Of a stretch of 64,000 nt of DNA, positions 27,382-37,335 are shown in pieces. The notes under the pieces were generated by a model. That model was not told where the DNA came from. It saw nothing but the letters and a program-made list of their open reading frames with translations, and ran no database searches. The translations under genes and the position numbers were made by a program. This DNA is from an uncultured Lachnospiraceae bacterium (GTDB taxonomy: Bacteria; Bacillota; Clostridia; Christensenellales; UBA1242), in assembly GCA_964368755.1 (NCBI GenBank), contig CAYJCR010000005.1:7280-71279 (forward strand), given 5' to 3'. The number at the start of each line of letters is the position of its first letter. Position 1 is the first letter of the stretch.

Positions 27382-30300
27382 GTGAATTTCAAACAAATAG
27401 AACTTGTAGGATTCAAGTCATTTGCTGACAAGCTTGATATTAAGTTCAATGACGGCATTACAGCGATTGTTGGCCCTAATGGTTGTGGCAAGAGTAACGT
27501 AGCTGATGCTATAAGATGGGTACTTGGTGAACAAAGTGCCAAGCTTTTGCGTGCAAGCAATATGCAAGATGTTATATTCAATGGTACAGAGAAAAGAAAG
27601 AGTTTGTCTTATTGCGAAGTCTCACTTATGTTCGATAACACTAAGAGATTTTTTGATATTGACTTTGATGACATCGTAATCACAAGGAAGTTGTACAGAT
27701 CTGGCGAGAGTGAATATCTTCTCAATCGTGCACCTTGTAGGCTCAAAGATATCACCAATATCTTGCATGATAGTGGCATAGGCCGTGATGGATATTCTAT
27801 CATTGGACAGGGCAAGGTTGAAGAGATTATCTCTGCCAAGCCAGAGAATCGTAGAGCAATATTTGAAGATGCTGCAGGCATATCTAAGTTCAAGTCAAGG
27901 AAAGTTGAAGCAGAAAGAAAACTAGAAAGGACTCAAGACAACCTTACTAGACTTCAGGATATTATGTCTGAGATAGAGCGCCAACTCGGACCTTTGAAGC
28001 ATCAATCTGAGAATGCCAAGAAGTATATGGAATACAAAGAGCAGCTCAAACATTATGAAGTCAATACATATATCTATCAATTCGATAATGCCAACAATCA
28101 GAAGAGTAAGATACAGACTCGTATAGATGGACTTGTCGAAGAACTTGGTACGAGACAAGATGATTTTTCTAAGCAAAATGATACATACAATGCATCAATG
28201 CTTGAAGTTAGCAAGATTGATAGAGACCTAGACAATATGCACAATCGCATACTTGAACTTACAGTTGGTATTGAAAAGCAATCTGGAGAATCTCGTCTTG
28301 CTCAAGAAAAAGTCAAGTATCTCCAAGATAGAAGAGAGTCTCTTGCCCAAGATTTGTCTAGACAAGAACTCAACAAACAGAATACAACATTGCAGTTAGA
28401 GAGAACTGAAGAGCAACTTGACAAGCAACAGAAAGTGTTCGCTGAGATGTGTGCAAGAGCAAGTGAGTATTCGCAAGATTATCTCAAGGCAGTAGATGAG
28501 TTGACTCAGAGTGAAGATGAGAGTTCTATGAAGCAACAACAGATGATGGAAGCGTTGTCTCAACTAGGAGATATCAAATCCAATCTATCTGCTCTTAAAG
28601 CTCAGAAAGAAGCTTATCTTGTCAATCTTGATGAGGTGGAGAATAAACTTATTGTACTTACAGACAAGATCAAAGAGAGAGTCAAAGAACAATCATCTTT
28701 GGCTAACAATATCAAGAATAAGATGGATAACAAGACGGTTTGTGAACAAAATATTGCTAAGTTCAATACTGAGTTATCCAAGATCAATACAGAACTCAAT
28801 GACATCAATGGTTCGATATTCAGTACTAACAGCAATCTTCAAGTCATTGACAATAGACGCAAAGCGCTTGTAGATATGCAGAAGGACTATGATGGGTATA
28901 ATTATTCTGTCAAACGTCTTATGCAAGATGGGGAGAACAATAAGGCACTTAAGAATCAAATAGTTGGTGTTGTTGCATCTTTGATGACTATTCCTAAGGG
29001 CTTTGAGACAGCTATTGAGACAGCTCTTGGTAGTGCTGTGCAGAATATTGTTACATATAACGAAGATGATTCGAGAGAACTTATTAAGTATCTCAAGAAC
29101 AACAATATTGGTAGAGCAACATTCTTGCCAATCACAGCTATGAGGGGCAAAGCTCTCTCCGGTAGTGAATTGAGTCTTACAAGACGTAAGAACTGTCACG
29201 GTGTAGCCTCAGATATTATCAAATATGACAAAAAACTCAGTAATGTATTTGAATCATTACTTGGTAGGACTATCATAGTAGACACTATCAATGACGCTGT
29301 AGAACTTGCCAAAGCAAGTAACTTCGCATTCAAGATAGTTACATTAGATGGCGATGTTGTTAATCCACAAGGTTCAATGAGTGGTGGTAGCAAGAAGGCT
29401 ATCACATCTAATATCTTGATGCGTGACAATGAGATAGCTTCGCTTAACGAAAGTGTGAAGAAACTTGAAGCATCTCTAGAAGAGAAGTATGCCGTTAAGG
29501 CAAGATTAACCAAAGCCTATGATGGACTCAAACTTCAACTTGACAGTGCTAACTCTGATCTTATCAATATGCAGATAGAGTCGGCGAAGTTGAATGAAAG
29601 CCTAGAAAGGATAACAGTTTATCTCAACGAACTCAATGCTGAGAAAACTACATTAAGCCAAGAAAAATCACTAATTAATACCAAAATTGAAGCCGTTGAC
29701 CTTACTATCAGCAAGATAGACAAGACCGAAGGCGATATCAATATGACTCAAGAGAATGCAAGTGTCGAGATGAGTCGCAGACAAGAAAAATATAACAAGC
29801 TCAAGACTTTGAGAGATATCGCTCATGAGAAGTTGACAGCAATCAAGATTCAAGTTGCTTCCAAAGAGCAAGAACTCAATTCTCTTAAGAATGAGATTGA
29901 GAGATTATCTGATTATGTTGAACAGACAGATAAGGAGATACAAGAGACTAGAGATAGTATAGTACAAATAGATACTACTATTGAAGGAGCTACTGTTATA
30001 GCAACTCAATCTTTAGACAAGAATCTATTGGAGAGTAATCAAAGGGAACTTGAGATTGTTAAGCGTCAACTTGCAGGACTTGATGAATACAAACAGAAGT
30101 TGCAACTTGACATCAAGGTATCTGATGAGAAGAGAATGGTCCTTCAAGATGAGATCAATAAGCTGTTGGATAAGAAGTATCAAGAAGAGTTTTCATTGTC
30201 CAAAGTGGATACAGAACTTGAGGCAATGCAAGAGAAAATATTTGAAGATTATGAGCTTACATATGCTTCTTGTCTTCCATATAAGCAGGAAGATTATGAT

Positions 30301-30972
30301 GTATACGAAGGTGTGGCTCAAGCCAACAAACTCAAACGTGATATCGCTAGACTAGGCAATGTCAATGTTAATGCTATTGAAGATTGCAAGCTCCTTAGCG
30401 AGAGATTTGAGACTATGAACGAGCAAGCAACAGACCTTATGCAAGCCAAAGAAGATCTTATCAAGATCATCAAAGAACTTGCAACGGAGATGATAACAAG
30501 GTTTGAGACAGAGTTCGTTAAGATCAATACCAACTTCGGCAAAGTATTCAAAGAACTCTTCGGTGGTGGTAACGCAAAACTTGAACTTACAGCCAGCGAA
30601 GATCCATTGGAGGCAGGCGTTGAGATAGTAGCAGAGCCACCTGGGAAGAAGTTGCAGAGCATCAATCTTCTTAGTGGTGGAGAGAAAGCTCTTACTGCTA
30701 TTGCAATACTATTCGCTATACTTAAGCTTCGTCCAATGCCATTCTGTCTACTTGATGAGATAGAGGCTGCACTTGATGATAGTAACGTTGAGAGATTTGC
30801 TACTTACTTGAAGAGGTTCTCTCAAGATACACAGTTTATTGTTGTTACTCACCGTAAGCCAACGATGGAACTTGCAGATGCATTATATGGTGTAACTATG
30901 GAAGAAAAAGGTGTATCCAAACTTGTATCTGTCAAACTTGACGAGGCTGTCAAGAATGCCAAAGCTGATTAG
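27382..30972 (+). CDS. smc: Chromosome segregation protein SMC
   Basis: 1196 aa, GTG start. Walker A GPNGCGKSN, long coiled coils and hinge, signature LSGGEKALTAIA, Walker B CLLDEIEAALD. Confidence 0.97.
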   Translation: MNFKQIELVGFKSFADKLDIKFNDGITAIVGPNGCGKSNVADAIRWVLGEQSAKLLRASNMQDVIFNGTEKRKSLSYCEVSLMFDNTKRFFDIDFDDIVITRKLYRSGESEYLLNRAPCRLKDITNILHDSGIGRDGYSIIGQGKVEEIISAKPENRRAIFEDAAGISKFKSRKVEAERKLERTQDNLTRLQDIMSEIERQLGPLKHQSENAKKYMEYKEQLKHYEVNTYIYQFDNANNQKSKIQTRIDGLVEELGTRQDDFSKQNDTYNASMLEVSKIDRDLDNMHNRILELTVGIEKQSGESRLAQEKVKYLQDRRESLAQDLSRQELNKQNTTLQLERTEEQLDKQQKVFAEMCARASEYSQDYLKAVDELTQSEDESSMKQQQMMEALSQLGDIKSNLSALKAQKEAYLVNLDEVENKLIVLTDKIKERVKEQSSLANNIKNKMDNKTVCEQNIAKFNTELSKINTELNDINGSIFSTNSNLQVIDNRRKALVDMQKDYDGYNYSVKRLMQDGENNKALKNQIVGVVASLMTIPKGFETAIETALGSAVQNIVTYNEDDSRELIKYLKNNNIGRATFLPITAMRGKALSGSELSLTRRKNCHGVASDIIKYDKKLSNVFESLLGRTIIVDTINDAVELAKASNFAFKIVTLDGDVVNPQGSMSGGSKKAITSNILMRDNEIASLNESVKKLEASLEEKYAVKARLTKAYDGLKLQLDSANSDLINMQIESAKLNESLERITVYLNELNAEKTTLSQEKSLINTKIEAVDLTISKIDKTEGDINMTQENASVEMSRRQEKYNKLKTLRDIAHEKLTAIKIQVASKEQELNSLKNEIERLSDYVEQTDKEIQETRDSIVQIDTTIEGATVIATQSLDKNLLESNQRELEIVKRQLAGLDEYKQKLQLDIKVSDEKRMVLQDEINKLLDKKYQEEFSLSKVDTELEAMQEKIFEDYELTYASCLPYKQEDYDVYEGVAQANKLKRDIARLGNVNVNAIEDCKLLSERFETMNEQATDLMQAKEDLIKIIKELATEMITRFETEFVKINTNFGKVFKELFGGGNAKLELTASEDPLEAGVEIVAEPPGKKLQSINLLSGGEKALTAIAILFAILKLRPMPFCLLDEIEAALDDSNVERFATYLKRFSQDTQFIVVTHRKPTMELADALYGVTMEEKGVSKLVSVKLDEAVKNAKAD

Positions 30973-30982
30973 GGGAGAATAT

Positions 30983-31876
30983 ATGGGATTTTTTTCTAAA
31001 CTCGGAGCTAGCTTAAAGAAAACCAAAGATGCACTAGTGAGCAAACTTAGTGTACTTTTTGGTGGTGGGGAACTTAATGCAGACTTTTATGAGGAACTTG
31101 AGTACATACTTATAAGTTCGGATATGGGCAATGAGACAACTTCAGAGATAATATCAAGGCTCAAGAAGAAGATTAAAGAGAATAAGGTGTCCAAAGCTGA
31201 GGAAGCAAAAGCATTGTTAAAGCAAGTGCTTATCGAGGTCTTAGAAGATGTAGATAAGGTTGAGTTCAATTACCCAGTTGTCATCACTATCGTTGGTGTC
31301 AACGGTGTTGGCAAAACTACAACTATTGGTAAGATGGCTCACTATTTCTCAAAAAAAGGTAAGCAAGTAACTCTTGTTGCAGGAGATACATTCAGAGCTG
31401 CAGCTAGCGATCAACTCACAGAATGGGCTGTTCGCAATAAAGTTAAGATTGTTAAACATACAGAAGGAGCAGATGCCGCTGCTGTAGTATATGATGGTAT
31501 TGCTAGTGCCAAAGCTAAGAATACTGATGTGCTTATTATAGATACTGCTGGCAGGCTCCATACCAAAGTCAATCTAATGGAAGAACTCAAGAAGATCAAT
31601 CGTGTTATCCATAGAGAAGCTACGGGTGAAGTCAAAAACTTCATTGTTCTTGATGCTACAATAGGGCAGAACTCTATAGCCCAAGTCAATGCATTCAAAG
31701 ATGCTGTTGGTATTGATGGTATCATATTGACCAAACTTGATGGTACAAGCAAAGGTGGAGTTGTGTTCGGGATTGTACAAGAATTGCAAGTTCCTGTGGT
31801 ATTCATAGGTGTTGGCGAAGGTATTGATGACTTGGAAGTCTTTGATGCAAAAACCTTCGTTGATGGCATATTGTAA
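30983..31876 (+). CDS. ftsY: Signal recognition particle receptor
   Basis: NG domain GVNGVGKTTTIGK, DTAGRLH, TKLDGTSKGG. Start moved to ATG 30983 (MGFFSKLG), behind GGGGAG. Confidence 0.95.
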   Translation: MGFFSKLGASLKKTKDALVSKLSVLFGGGELNADFYEELEYILISSDMGNETTSEIISRLKKKIKENKVSKAEEAKALLKQVLIEVLEDVDKVEFNYPVVITIVGVNGVGKTTTIGKMAHYFSKKGKQVTLVAGDTFRAAASDQLTEWAVRNKVKIVKHTEGADAAAVVYDGIASAKAKNTDVLIIDTAGRLHTKVNLMEELKKINRVIHREATGEVKNFIVLDATIGQNSIAQVNAFKDAVGIDGIILTKLDGTSKGGVVFGIVQELQVPVVFIGVGEGIDDLEVFDAKTFVDGIL

Positions 31877-31885
31877 GGAGTCTCT

Positions 31886-32806
31886 ATGAACAAGAAAATA
31901 TATGCAGAAATTGTAAAAGCTATTGAATCTACAAATACAAATATATTCAGTTTCATTATCAATGATAATGGAAACTACTATACATATGGAGATATAGACA
32001 AGCTCAACAATGCATTTAGTTTGACCAAACTCATAACGGCACTTGCTATATTCAAGCTTATAGAAAATGGAGATATAACTCTTGATACTAAGATAGCCCC
32101 ATTCTTTGATGACAAGATTATATTCGGGGATAATCAAAGTAATAAGTTCTTTTCTTTGATGAAAATAAGAGATCTTTTGACTTTATCGTTTGGTCAAGAT
32201 AGAATGTTGCTCAATGAGGAACATGTAACAAAATATCCAAATATTAGTTATTTTGAATTGTTAACAATAGAACCATTGAAATATTCTCCAGGTAAGCATT
32301 TTTGTTACACCAATGTATGTAACTATTTGCTCGCATATATAGTCAACAAGATTACGGACTATAGACAGCTAGTTGTGGATAAAATCTTCACTCCTCTAGG
32401 TATAAAAAACTTTTCGTTTGGCAGAGATAAAGATGGTAACTACAAAGGTGCCACAGGAATGATGATAAGTACTGCTAGTCTTAACAAACTTGGCGAACTA
32501 ATACATAATGATGGGTTCTATAACGGAGTTCAAGTATTAAAGGCTGATCTTGTAAGGTCAATAAAAACTATTCAAGTTGATTTGACCAAACAGATGAGTG
32601 TTGATATGAATAGGGTTTTGCCAAAAATCGGTTATGGCTTCAATCAATGGATAAGTACTAGTGGAAGGCACTTTATTGATGGTAAGGACGGTCAGTATAT
32701 AATTGTATTGCCAAAGCATAATATAATAATAAGCATTATGAGCGATGAAAAAGATATGTCCAAAGTTAGAGAATGTTTCAAAATAATAGTTGACAAAGAT
32801 AATTAG
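31886..32806 (+). CDS. Serine hydrolase of the beta-lactamase/transpeptidase fold
   Basis: S-x-x-K (FSLTKLITA) and Y-x-N (CYTNVCNY) motifs, 306 aa, no signal peptide seen. AAGGAG RBS 10 nt after the ftsY stop. Confidence 0.75.
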   Translation: MNKKIYAEIVKAIESTNTNIFSFIINDNGNYYTYGDIDKLNNAFSLTKLITALAIFKLIENGDITLDTKIAPFFDDKIIFGDNQSNKFFSLMKIRDLLTLSFGQDRMLLNEEHVTKYPNISYFELLTIEPLKYSPGKHFCYTNVCNYLLAYIVNKITDYRQLVVDKIFTPLGIKNFSFGRDKDGNYKGATGMMISTASLNKLGELIHNDGFYNGVQVLKADLVRSIKTIQVDLTKQMSVDMNRVLPKIGYGFNQWISTSGRHFIDGKDGQYIIVLPKHNIIISIMSDEKDMSKVRECFKIIVDKDN

Positions 32807-32821
32807 TTAATATATAATGGC

Positions 32822-32853
32822 TGTAAAGTATTTTTACTTTACACCATTTTTTT
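32822..32853 (+). terminator. Intrinsic terminator
   Basis: TGTAAAGT (32822-32829) / ACTTTACA (32836-32843), then CCA and T7. Confidence 0.65.
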
Positions 32854-32868
32854 GTTTAGAGGGGTGTT

Positions 32869-33201
32869 ATGGAGTTATCGCAGAACTTAAAAACCAGTCT
32901 TTTGCTTGAAACGTATGGCAATCTTCTTACTGACAAGCAGAGAAGTATAATGAAAGATTTTTGTGATAATAATATGTCACTATCTGAGATTGCTGAGAGT
33001 AACAACTCTTCTCGTCAAGCCGTCAATGACCTAATACGACGCAGTACGGCTTCATTGAATGAATATGAGAGAAGACTTGGTTTGCTTGCAAGATTCATTG
33101 ATGCAAAGTCAAAAATCGATGATGTGATTGAATATGTCAAGAATAACGGCAATAACAAAGAACTTATTACTAAACTTTTGAGTATATTGGAGGATATGTA
33201 A
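32869..33201 (+). CDS. ylxM: YlxM (UPF0122) putative helix-turn-helix protein
   Basis: 110 aa, LLTDKQRSIMKDFCDNNMSLSEIAE (sigma-70 region-4-like). Stop overlaps the ffh ATG. Confidence 0.88.
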   Translation: MELSQNLKTSLLLETYGNLLTDKQRSIMKDFCDNNMSLSEIAESNNSSRQAVNDLIRRSTASLNEYERRLGLLARFIDAKSKIDDVIEYVKNNGNNKELITKLLSILEDM

Positions 33202-34511
33202 TGGCACTATTCGAAGGGCTATCACAAAGACTTAATCATATATTTTCTAAACTCACCAAGCGTGGCAAACTAACCGAACTCGAGATCAAAGAGGCTATGA
33301 GAGAAGTAAGAGTTGCTTTGCTTGAAGCTGATGTTAACTTTTTGGTTGCGAAGAAGTTTATTGCGAATGTGACTGAGAAAGCAATCGGAGAGAAAGTGTT
33401 GCAGAGTCTTACTCCTGGGCAACAGGTTATCAAGATTGTTAACGAAGAGTTGACTGCACTTATGGGCAGCACGAATACAAAACTTGAAGTTAGTTCATCT
33501 CTTCCTACTGTTATTATGATGTGTGGCTTGCAAGGTGCTGGTAAGACATCTATGTGTGGCAAACTTGGGTATTATCTCAAAGGTCAAGGCAAGAAATGCT
33601 TGCTAGTGGCAGGAGATATATATAGACCAGCAGCAATCAATCAGTTGCAAGTTGTTGGCAAATCGGCAGGTGTGGAAGTCTTTGAGAAGGGCACTCAAGA
33701 CCCAGTCAAGACATCTAGACAGGCAATAGAATATGCCAAGAAGATGATGTTAGACACAGTTATCATAGATACGGCAGGCAGACTTCATATCAATGAAGAA
33801 CTTATGGACGAACTCAAACGTATCAAGAAGGAAGTATCACCAACGGAAGTATTACTTGTTGTTGATGCGATGAATGGTCAAGATTCAGTAACGGTTGCTA
33901 CGGCATTCAACGAAGCACTTGATATCACAGGAGTTATTCTTACTAAGCTTGATGGAGACACAAGAGGTGGTGTGGCACTTTCGGTCAAAGAAGTGGTGCA
34001 AAAACCTATTAAGTTCTGTGGTGTTGGAGAGAAAGTTGGAGATTTGGAGCCTTTTTATCCAGATCGTATGGCTTCGAGGATATTGGGTATGGGAGATGTG
34101 CTATCTTTGATAGAGAAGGCACAATCCGTTGTTTCTGAAGAAGAGGCAAAAAAGTATGAGAAGAAGTTTAGAGAGAATAGTTTTACATTCGAAGATTATC
34201 TTGCTCAACTTGACAATATGAAGAAGATGGGTAATATCAATGATATTATTGGTATGATACCTGGAGCTAACAAGCTCAAGAATGTACAAGTAGATGAGAA
34301 TGAGATGTTCAAGAATAAGGCAATCATTCAGAGTATGACTCCTCGTGAGAGACGTAATCCTGATATTATCAAAGCTAGTCAGAAAAAACGTATCGCTTCG
34401 GGTAGTGGGACTCAGATACAAGATGTCAATAGACTTCTCAAACAGTTTGAACAAAGCAAAGAGATGATGAAACAATTTGCTGGTAAGAAAAAAGGTATGA
34501 GAATGTTTTAA
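33201..34511 (+). CDS. ffh: Signal recognition particle protein
   Basis: GLQGAGKTSMCGK, DTAGRLH, TKLDGDTRGG; Met-rich M domain. Confidence 0.97.
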   Translation: MALFEGLSQRLNHIFSKLTKRGKLTELEIKEAMREVRVALLEADVNFLVAKKFIANVTEKAIGEKVLQSLTPGQQVIKIVNEELTALMGSTNTKLEVSSSLPTVIMMCGLQGAGKTSMCGKLGYYLKGQGKKCLLVAGDIYRPAAINQLQVVGKSAGVEVFEKGTQDPVKTSRQAIEYAKKMMLDTVIIDTAGRLHINEELMDELKRIKKEVSPTEVLLVVDAMNGQDSVTVATAFNEALDITGVILTKLDGDTRGGVALSVKEVVQKPIKFCGVGEKVGDLEPFYPDRMASRILGMGDVLSLIEKAQSVVSEEEAKKYEKKFRENSFTFEDYLAQLDNMKKMGNINDIIGMIPGANKLKNVQVDENEMFKNKAIIQSMTPRERRNPDIIKASQKKRIASGSGTQIQDVNRLLKQFEQSKEMMKQFAGKKKGMRMF

Positions 34512-34543
34512 AAATTCGCTAGGGCGACAACCCTAGTTGATAT

Positions 34544-34618
34544 GCTGGTGTGGCTCAACGGTAGAGCAGCTGACTTGTAATCAGCAGGTTGTTGGTTCGA
34601 TTCCGACCACCAGCTCCA
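34544..34618 (+). tRNA. tRNA-Thr (anticodon UGU) with encoded CCA
   Basis: Folded by hand: acceptor GCTGGTG/CACCAGC, D arm GCTC-AACGGTA-GAGC, anticodon arm GCTGA-CTTGTAA-TCAGC, variable AGGTT, T arm GTTGG-TTCGATT-CCGAC, discriminator T, CCA. Confidence 0.9.
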
Positions 34619-34665
34619 TGTTAATTATTATTAATCAACAAATATATAAAAGGAGAATGATACAT

Positions 34666-34968
34666 ATGGCAGTAAAAATCAGACTTACAAGAATGGGAGA
34701 TAAGAAGGCACCTTTTTATCGTGTAGTAGTTGCTGATTCTCGTACAGCAAGAGATGGTAAGGTTATCGATCAGTTGGGATATTTTAACCCACTCAAAGAG
34801 ACTCCTGAGATCAAACTTGATGTTGAGAAGACAAAAGAATGGCTACGCAAAGGAGCTTTGCCTACAGAGACAGCTAAGACAGTACTTGTCAAGGGTGGCG
34901 CTTTAGAGAATGCTAAACAGAATACTCCAAAGAAAGTTTCTCGTCCAAAAAAAGAAAGTAAGGAGTAG
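34666..34968 (+). CDS. rpsP: 30S ribosomal protein S16
   Basis: [26 protein letters not shown]. Start moved to ATG 34666, behind AGGAGA. The listed ORF's N-terminal extension runs across the tRNA. Confidence 0.96.
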   Translation: MAVKIRLTRMGDKKAPFYRVVVADSRTARDGKVIDQLGYFNPLKETPEIKLDVEKTKEWLRKGALPTETAKTVLVKGGALENAKQNTPKKVSRPKKESKE

Positions 34969-34971
34969 AAT

Positions 34972-35199
34972 ATGGAAGAACTAATCAAGTATCTTGTAAG
35001 CTATCTCGTTACTAACGAAGATGCTATACAAGTGACATCAGAAGATGACAATGGCGTTATTGTTATAACTGTCAAAGTTGCTGAAGAAGATGTCGGTAAA
35101 GTAATAGGCAAGAATGGCAAGATTGCTCAGAGCTTGCGTACAATACTCAAATCTGCTAGTTCTAAGACTGGTAAGAGATATGTACTTAAAATAAACTAA
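34972..35199 (+). CDS. khpA: KH-domain RNA-binding protein (YlqC/KhpA)
   Basis: 75 aa; GKVIGKNGKIAQSLRTIL is a KH GxxG motif; conserved position after rpsP. Confidence 0.9.
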   Translation: MEELIKYLVSYLVTNEDAIQVTSEDDNGVIVITVKVAEEDVGKVIGKNGKIAQSLRTILKSASSKTGKRYVLKIN

Positions 35200-35224
35200 T
35201 TGGAGAAACCCTCCAATTTTTTTA
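35200..35224 (+). terminator. Intrinsic terminator after khpA
   Basis: TTGGAG (35200-35205) / CTCCAA (35211-35216) followed by T8. Confidence 0.7.
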
Positions 35225-35287
35225 TTACATATCTAATGGATGCTTGCAATGCATTGATATCAAAAGAATATATTTGATACTCAATTG

Positions 35288-35316
35288 TTGCAGATATATT
35301 TTTTTTATGTTAAAAT
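35288..35316 (+). promoter_or_regulatory. Sigma-A-like promoter of rimM-trmD
   Basis: TTGCAG (35288-35293), 17 nt, TAAAAT (35311-35316). Confidence 0.45.
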
Positions 35317-35333
35317 CACTCTAGGAGATATAT

Positions 35334-35828
35334 ATGGAGAAGCTTGTAATAGGCAAAGTACTTAAGCCACAAGGAATCAAAGGCGAGATTAAGATACAGC
35401 CATTAACAGATAATATAGAGCAATACAATCAGCTCAAGAATGTTTTTATTGGTAATGAGAGTTTTGTAGTAGAGAAAGTTGCTATAAGACAAGGTTATGT
35501 ATATATGACTGTAGCTGGTATCACGGATTGTGATATGGTAGAACGTTTCCGTAATAAGTATGTAGAGAAAGAACGTGTAAGCGAGACAAATGAAGCTGGC
35601 GAATACTACCTTGTTGATATGGAGAAGTGTACCGTTATTGATGAGAAGGGTTATGAGTATGGCAGAGTCGTATCTATTGATGAATATGGTGCTGCTGAAG
35701 TAATAACTGTACATGGTAAGCGTGGGGAGTTAATATTCCCAAATGCAGATGGGGTTATTACTGATATCGATGTAAGTAAGAAGATTATTACAGTAGATAG
35801 CAAGCGTCTTAGCGAGGTAAGAGTATGA
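35334..35828 (+). CDS. rimM: 16S rRNA processing protein RimM
   Basis: IGKVLKPQGIKGEIKIQPLTD N-terminus and a PRC-barrel C-terminus. Overlaps trmD through ATGA. Confidence 0.93.
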   Translation: MEKLVIGKVLKPQGIKGEIKIQPLTDNIEQYNQLKNVFIGNESFVVEKVAIRQGYVYMTVAGITDCDMVERFRNKYVEKERVSETNEAGEYYLVDMEKCTVIDEKGYEYGRVVSIDEYGAAEVITVHGKRGELIFPNADGVITDIDVSKKIITVDSKRLSEVRV

Positions 35829-36499
35829 GAATAGATATATTAACGCTTTTTCCTGAGATGTTCGATAGCCTTAATGCAAGCATTATTGGAAGGGCAAGAC
35901 AGAACGGCAGCCTAGATATCAAGATAACGGATATACGTGAGTTCTCCCAAGACAAGCATAAGAAATGCGATGACTATCCTTATGGCGGCGGAGCAGGTAT
36001 GGTTATGACACCACAGCCATTGTATGATGCAATACAGAGTGTTAAGACAGATAGTAGCCATATAATATATATGTCGCCAAAAGGTAAGACTCTTGATCAG
36101 AAGAAAGTTGTTGAACTAGCGAGTTTTGATCATCTTGTCCTTGTATGTGGACATTATGAAGGCATTGACCAGAGGGTGATAGACTTGGTTATTGATGAAG
36201 AAATCTCAATTGGAGATTATGTCTTAACAGGTGGCGAACTAGCGGCTCAAGTTGTAGTTGATGCAGTCGCAAGATATTTGCCAAGTGTGCTTGGTAATGA
36301 AGAATCTACGCAAGATGAGAGTTTTGCTAGTGATATGCTTGAGTATCCTCAATATACAAGACCTGTTGAGTTCAAAGGATTGACAGTTCCTGAAGTATTG
36401 CTTAGTGGCAATCATGGAGAAGTTGACAAGTGGAGAGCAGAACAAAGTAGATTGATAACAAAGAAAGTAAGACCAGATTTGTTAAAAAGGAAGAAGTAA
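35825..36499 (+). CDS. trmD: tRNA (guanine37-N1)-methyltransferase
   Basis: MRIDILTLFPEMF, DDYPYGGGAGMVM, CGHYEGIDQRV, SIGDYVLTGGE. Confidence 0.97.
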   Translation: MRIDILTLFPEMFDSLNASIIGRARQNGSLDIKITDIREFSQDKHKKCDDYPYGGGAGMVMTPQPLYDAIQSVKTDSSHIIYMSPKGKTLDQKKVVELASFDHLVLVCGHYEGIDQRVIDLVIDEEISIGDYVLTGGELAAQVVVDAVARYLPSVLGNEESTQDESFASDMLEYPQYTRPVEFKGLTVPEVLLSGNHGEVDKWRAEQSRLITKKVRPDLLKRKK

Positions 36500-37335
36500 T
36501 GAATATTCAATGGTTCCCAGGACATATGACCAAAGCTCTACGTATGATGGACAAAGAGATTAAGGTAGTTGATATCATTGTCTACGTAGTTGACAGTAGA
36601 GCCCCAAAGAGTTGTGTCAACCCTGAACTTAATAGTCTTATTGGTAATAAGCCCGTTGTATATGTGCTTAGCAAGGCTGATCTTGTTGAGGACAAAGATA
36701 TACGCAAATGGGTGAGATTTTTTACGTCTGATACCACTATGGCTATTGCACTCAATAGTACAAGTTCTAGTTCGGGCAAACAGATTATTGGTATGATCAA
36801 AAAACTTCTTAGCAATAAGATTGAAAACAACAAACGCAAGAATATATCGTTGCCACTTAGAGCAATGGTAATAGGTGTGCCAAATTGTGGTAAGAGCACC
36901 CTTATCAACAACATTTGTGGCAAAGCTCGTGCACTTGCTGGCAATAAGCCTGGAGTAACTAAGGGAAAGCAATGGGTAAGTATTGAGAACGGATTTGAGT
37001 TCCTTGATACACCGGGTACATTATGGCCAAGTTTTGAGGATGAAAAGGTAGCCCTCAATCTTGCATATATTGGGAGTATCAAAGATGATGTTATAGATAT
37101 CAATGAATTGAGTTATTCTCTTATCAATACCTTAAGAGAGATTGACCCGAAGATTTTGAAAGATAGATACGGCATAGACTTCGGAGATGACGAAGAGAAT
37201 ATTGAAGTATTCGACAAAATATGTACTGCACGCAAGTGTCTACTCAAGGGCAACGAGCCTGACTATGATAGATGTGCAAGGATAATAATAGATGATTTCC
37301 GTAAAGGTAAAATGGGGAAGATAATACTTGATTAA
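36499..37335 (+). CDS. rbgA: Ribosome biogenesis GTPase A (YlqF)
   Basis: Circularly permuted GTPase: NIQWFPGHM, LSKADL (G4) precedes GVPNCGKST (G1) and LDTPG (G3). Confidence 0.94.
   Translation: MNIQWFPGHMTKALRMMDKEIKVVDIIVYVVDSRAPKSCVNPELNSLIGNKPVVYVLSKADLVEDKDIRKWVRFFTSDTTMAIALNSTSSSSGKQIIGMIKKLLSNKIENNKRKNISLPLRAMVIGVPNCGKSTLINNICGKARALAGNKPGVTKGKQWVSIENGFEFLDTPGTLWPSFEDEKVALNLAYIGSIKDDVIDINELSYSLINTLREIDPKILKDRYGIDFGDDEENIEVFDKICTARKCLLKGNEPDYDRCARIIIDDFRKGKMGKIILD

Noticed and set aside
31411-32137. 183-aa and 187-aa minus-strand ORFs across ftsY and the beta-lactamase-fold gene
   Set aside because: They are antisense shadows of well-supported plus-strand genes, with no RBS.
34537-34665. 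N-terminal 43-codon extension of the listed rpsP ORF (34537..34968)
   Set aside because: The extension is simply the tRNA-Thr gene read as protein. S16 starts at the conserved MAVKIRL, behind AGGAGA at 34666.
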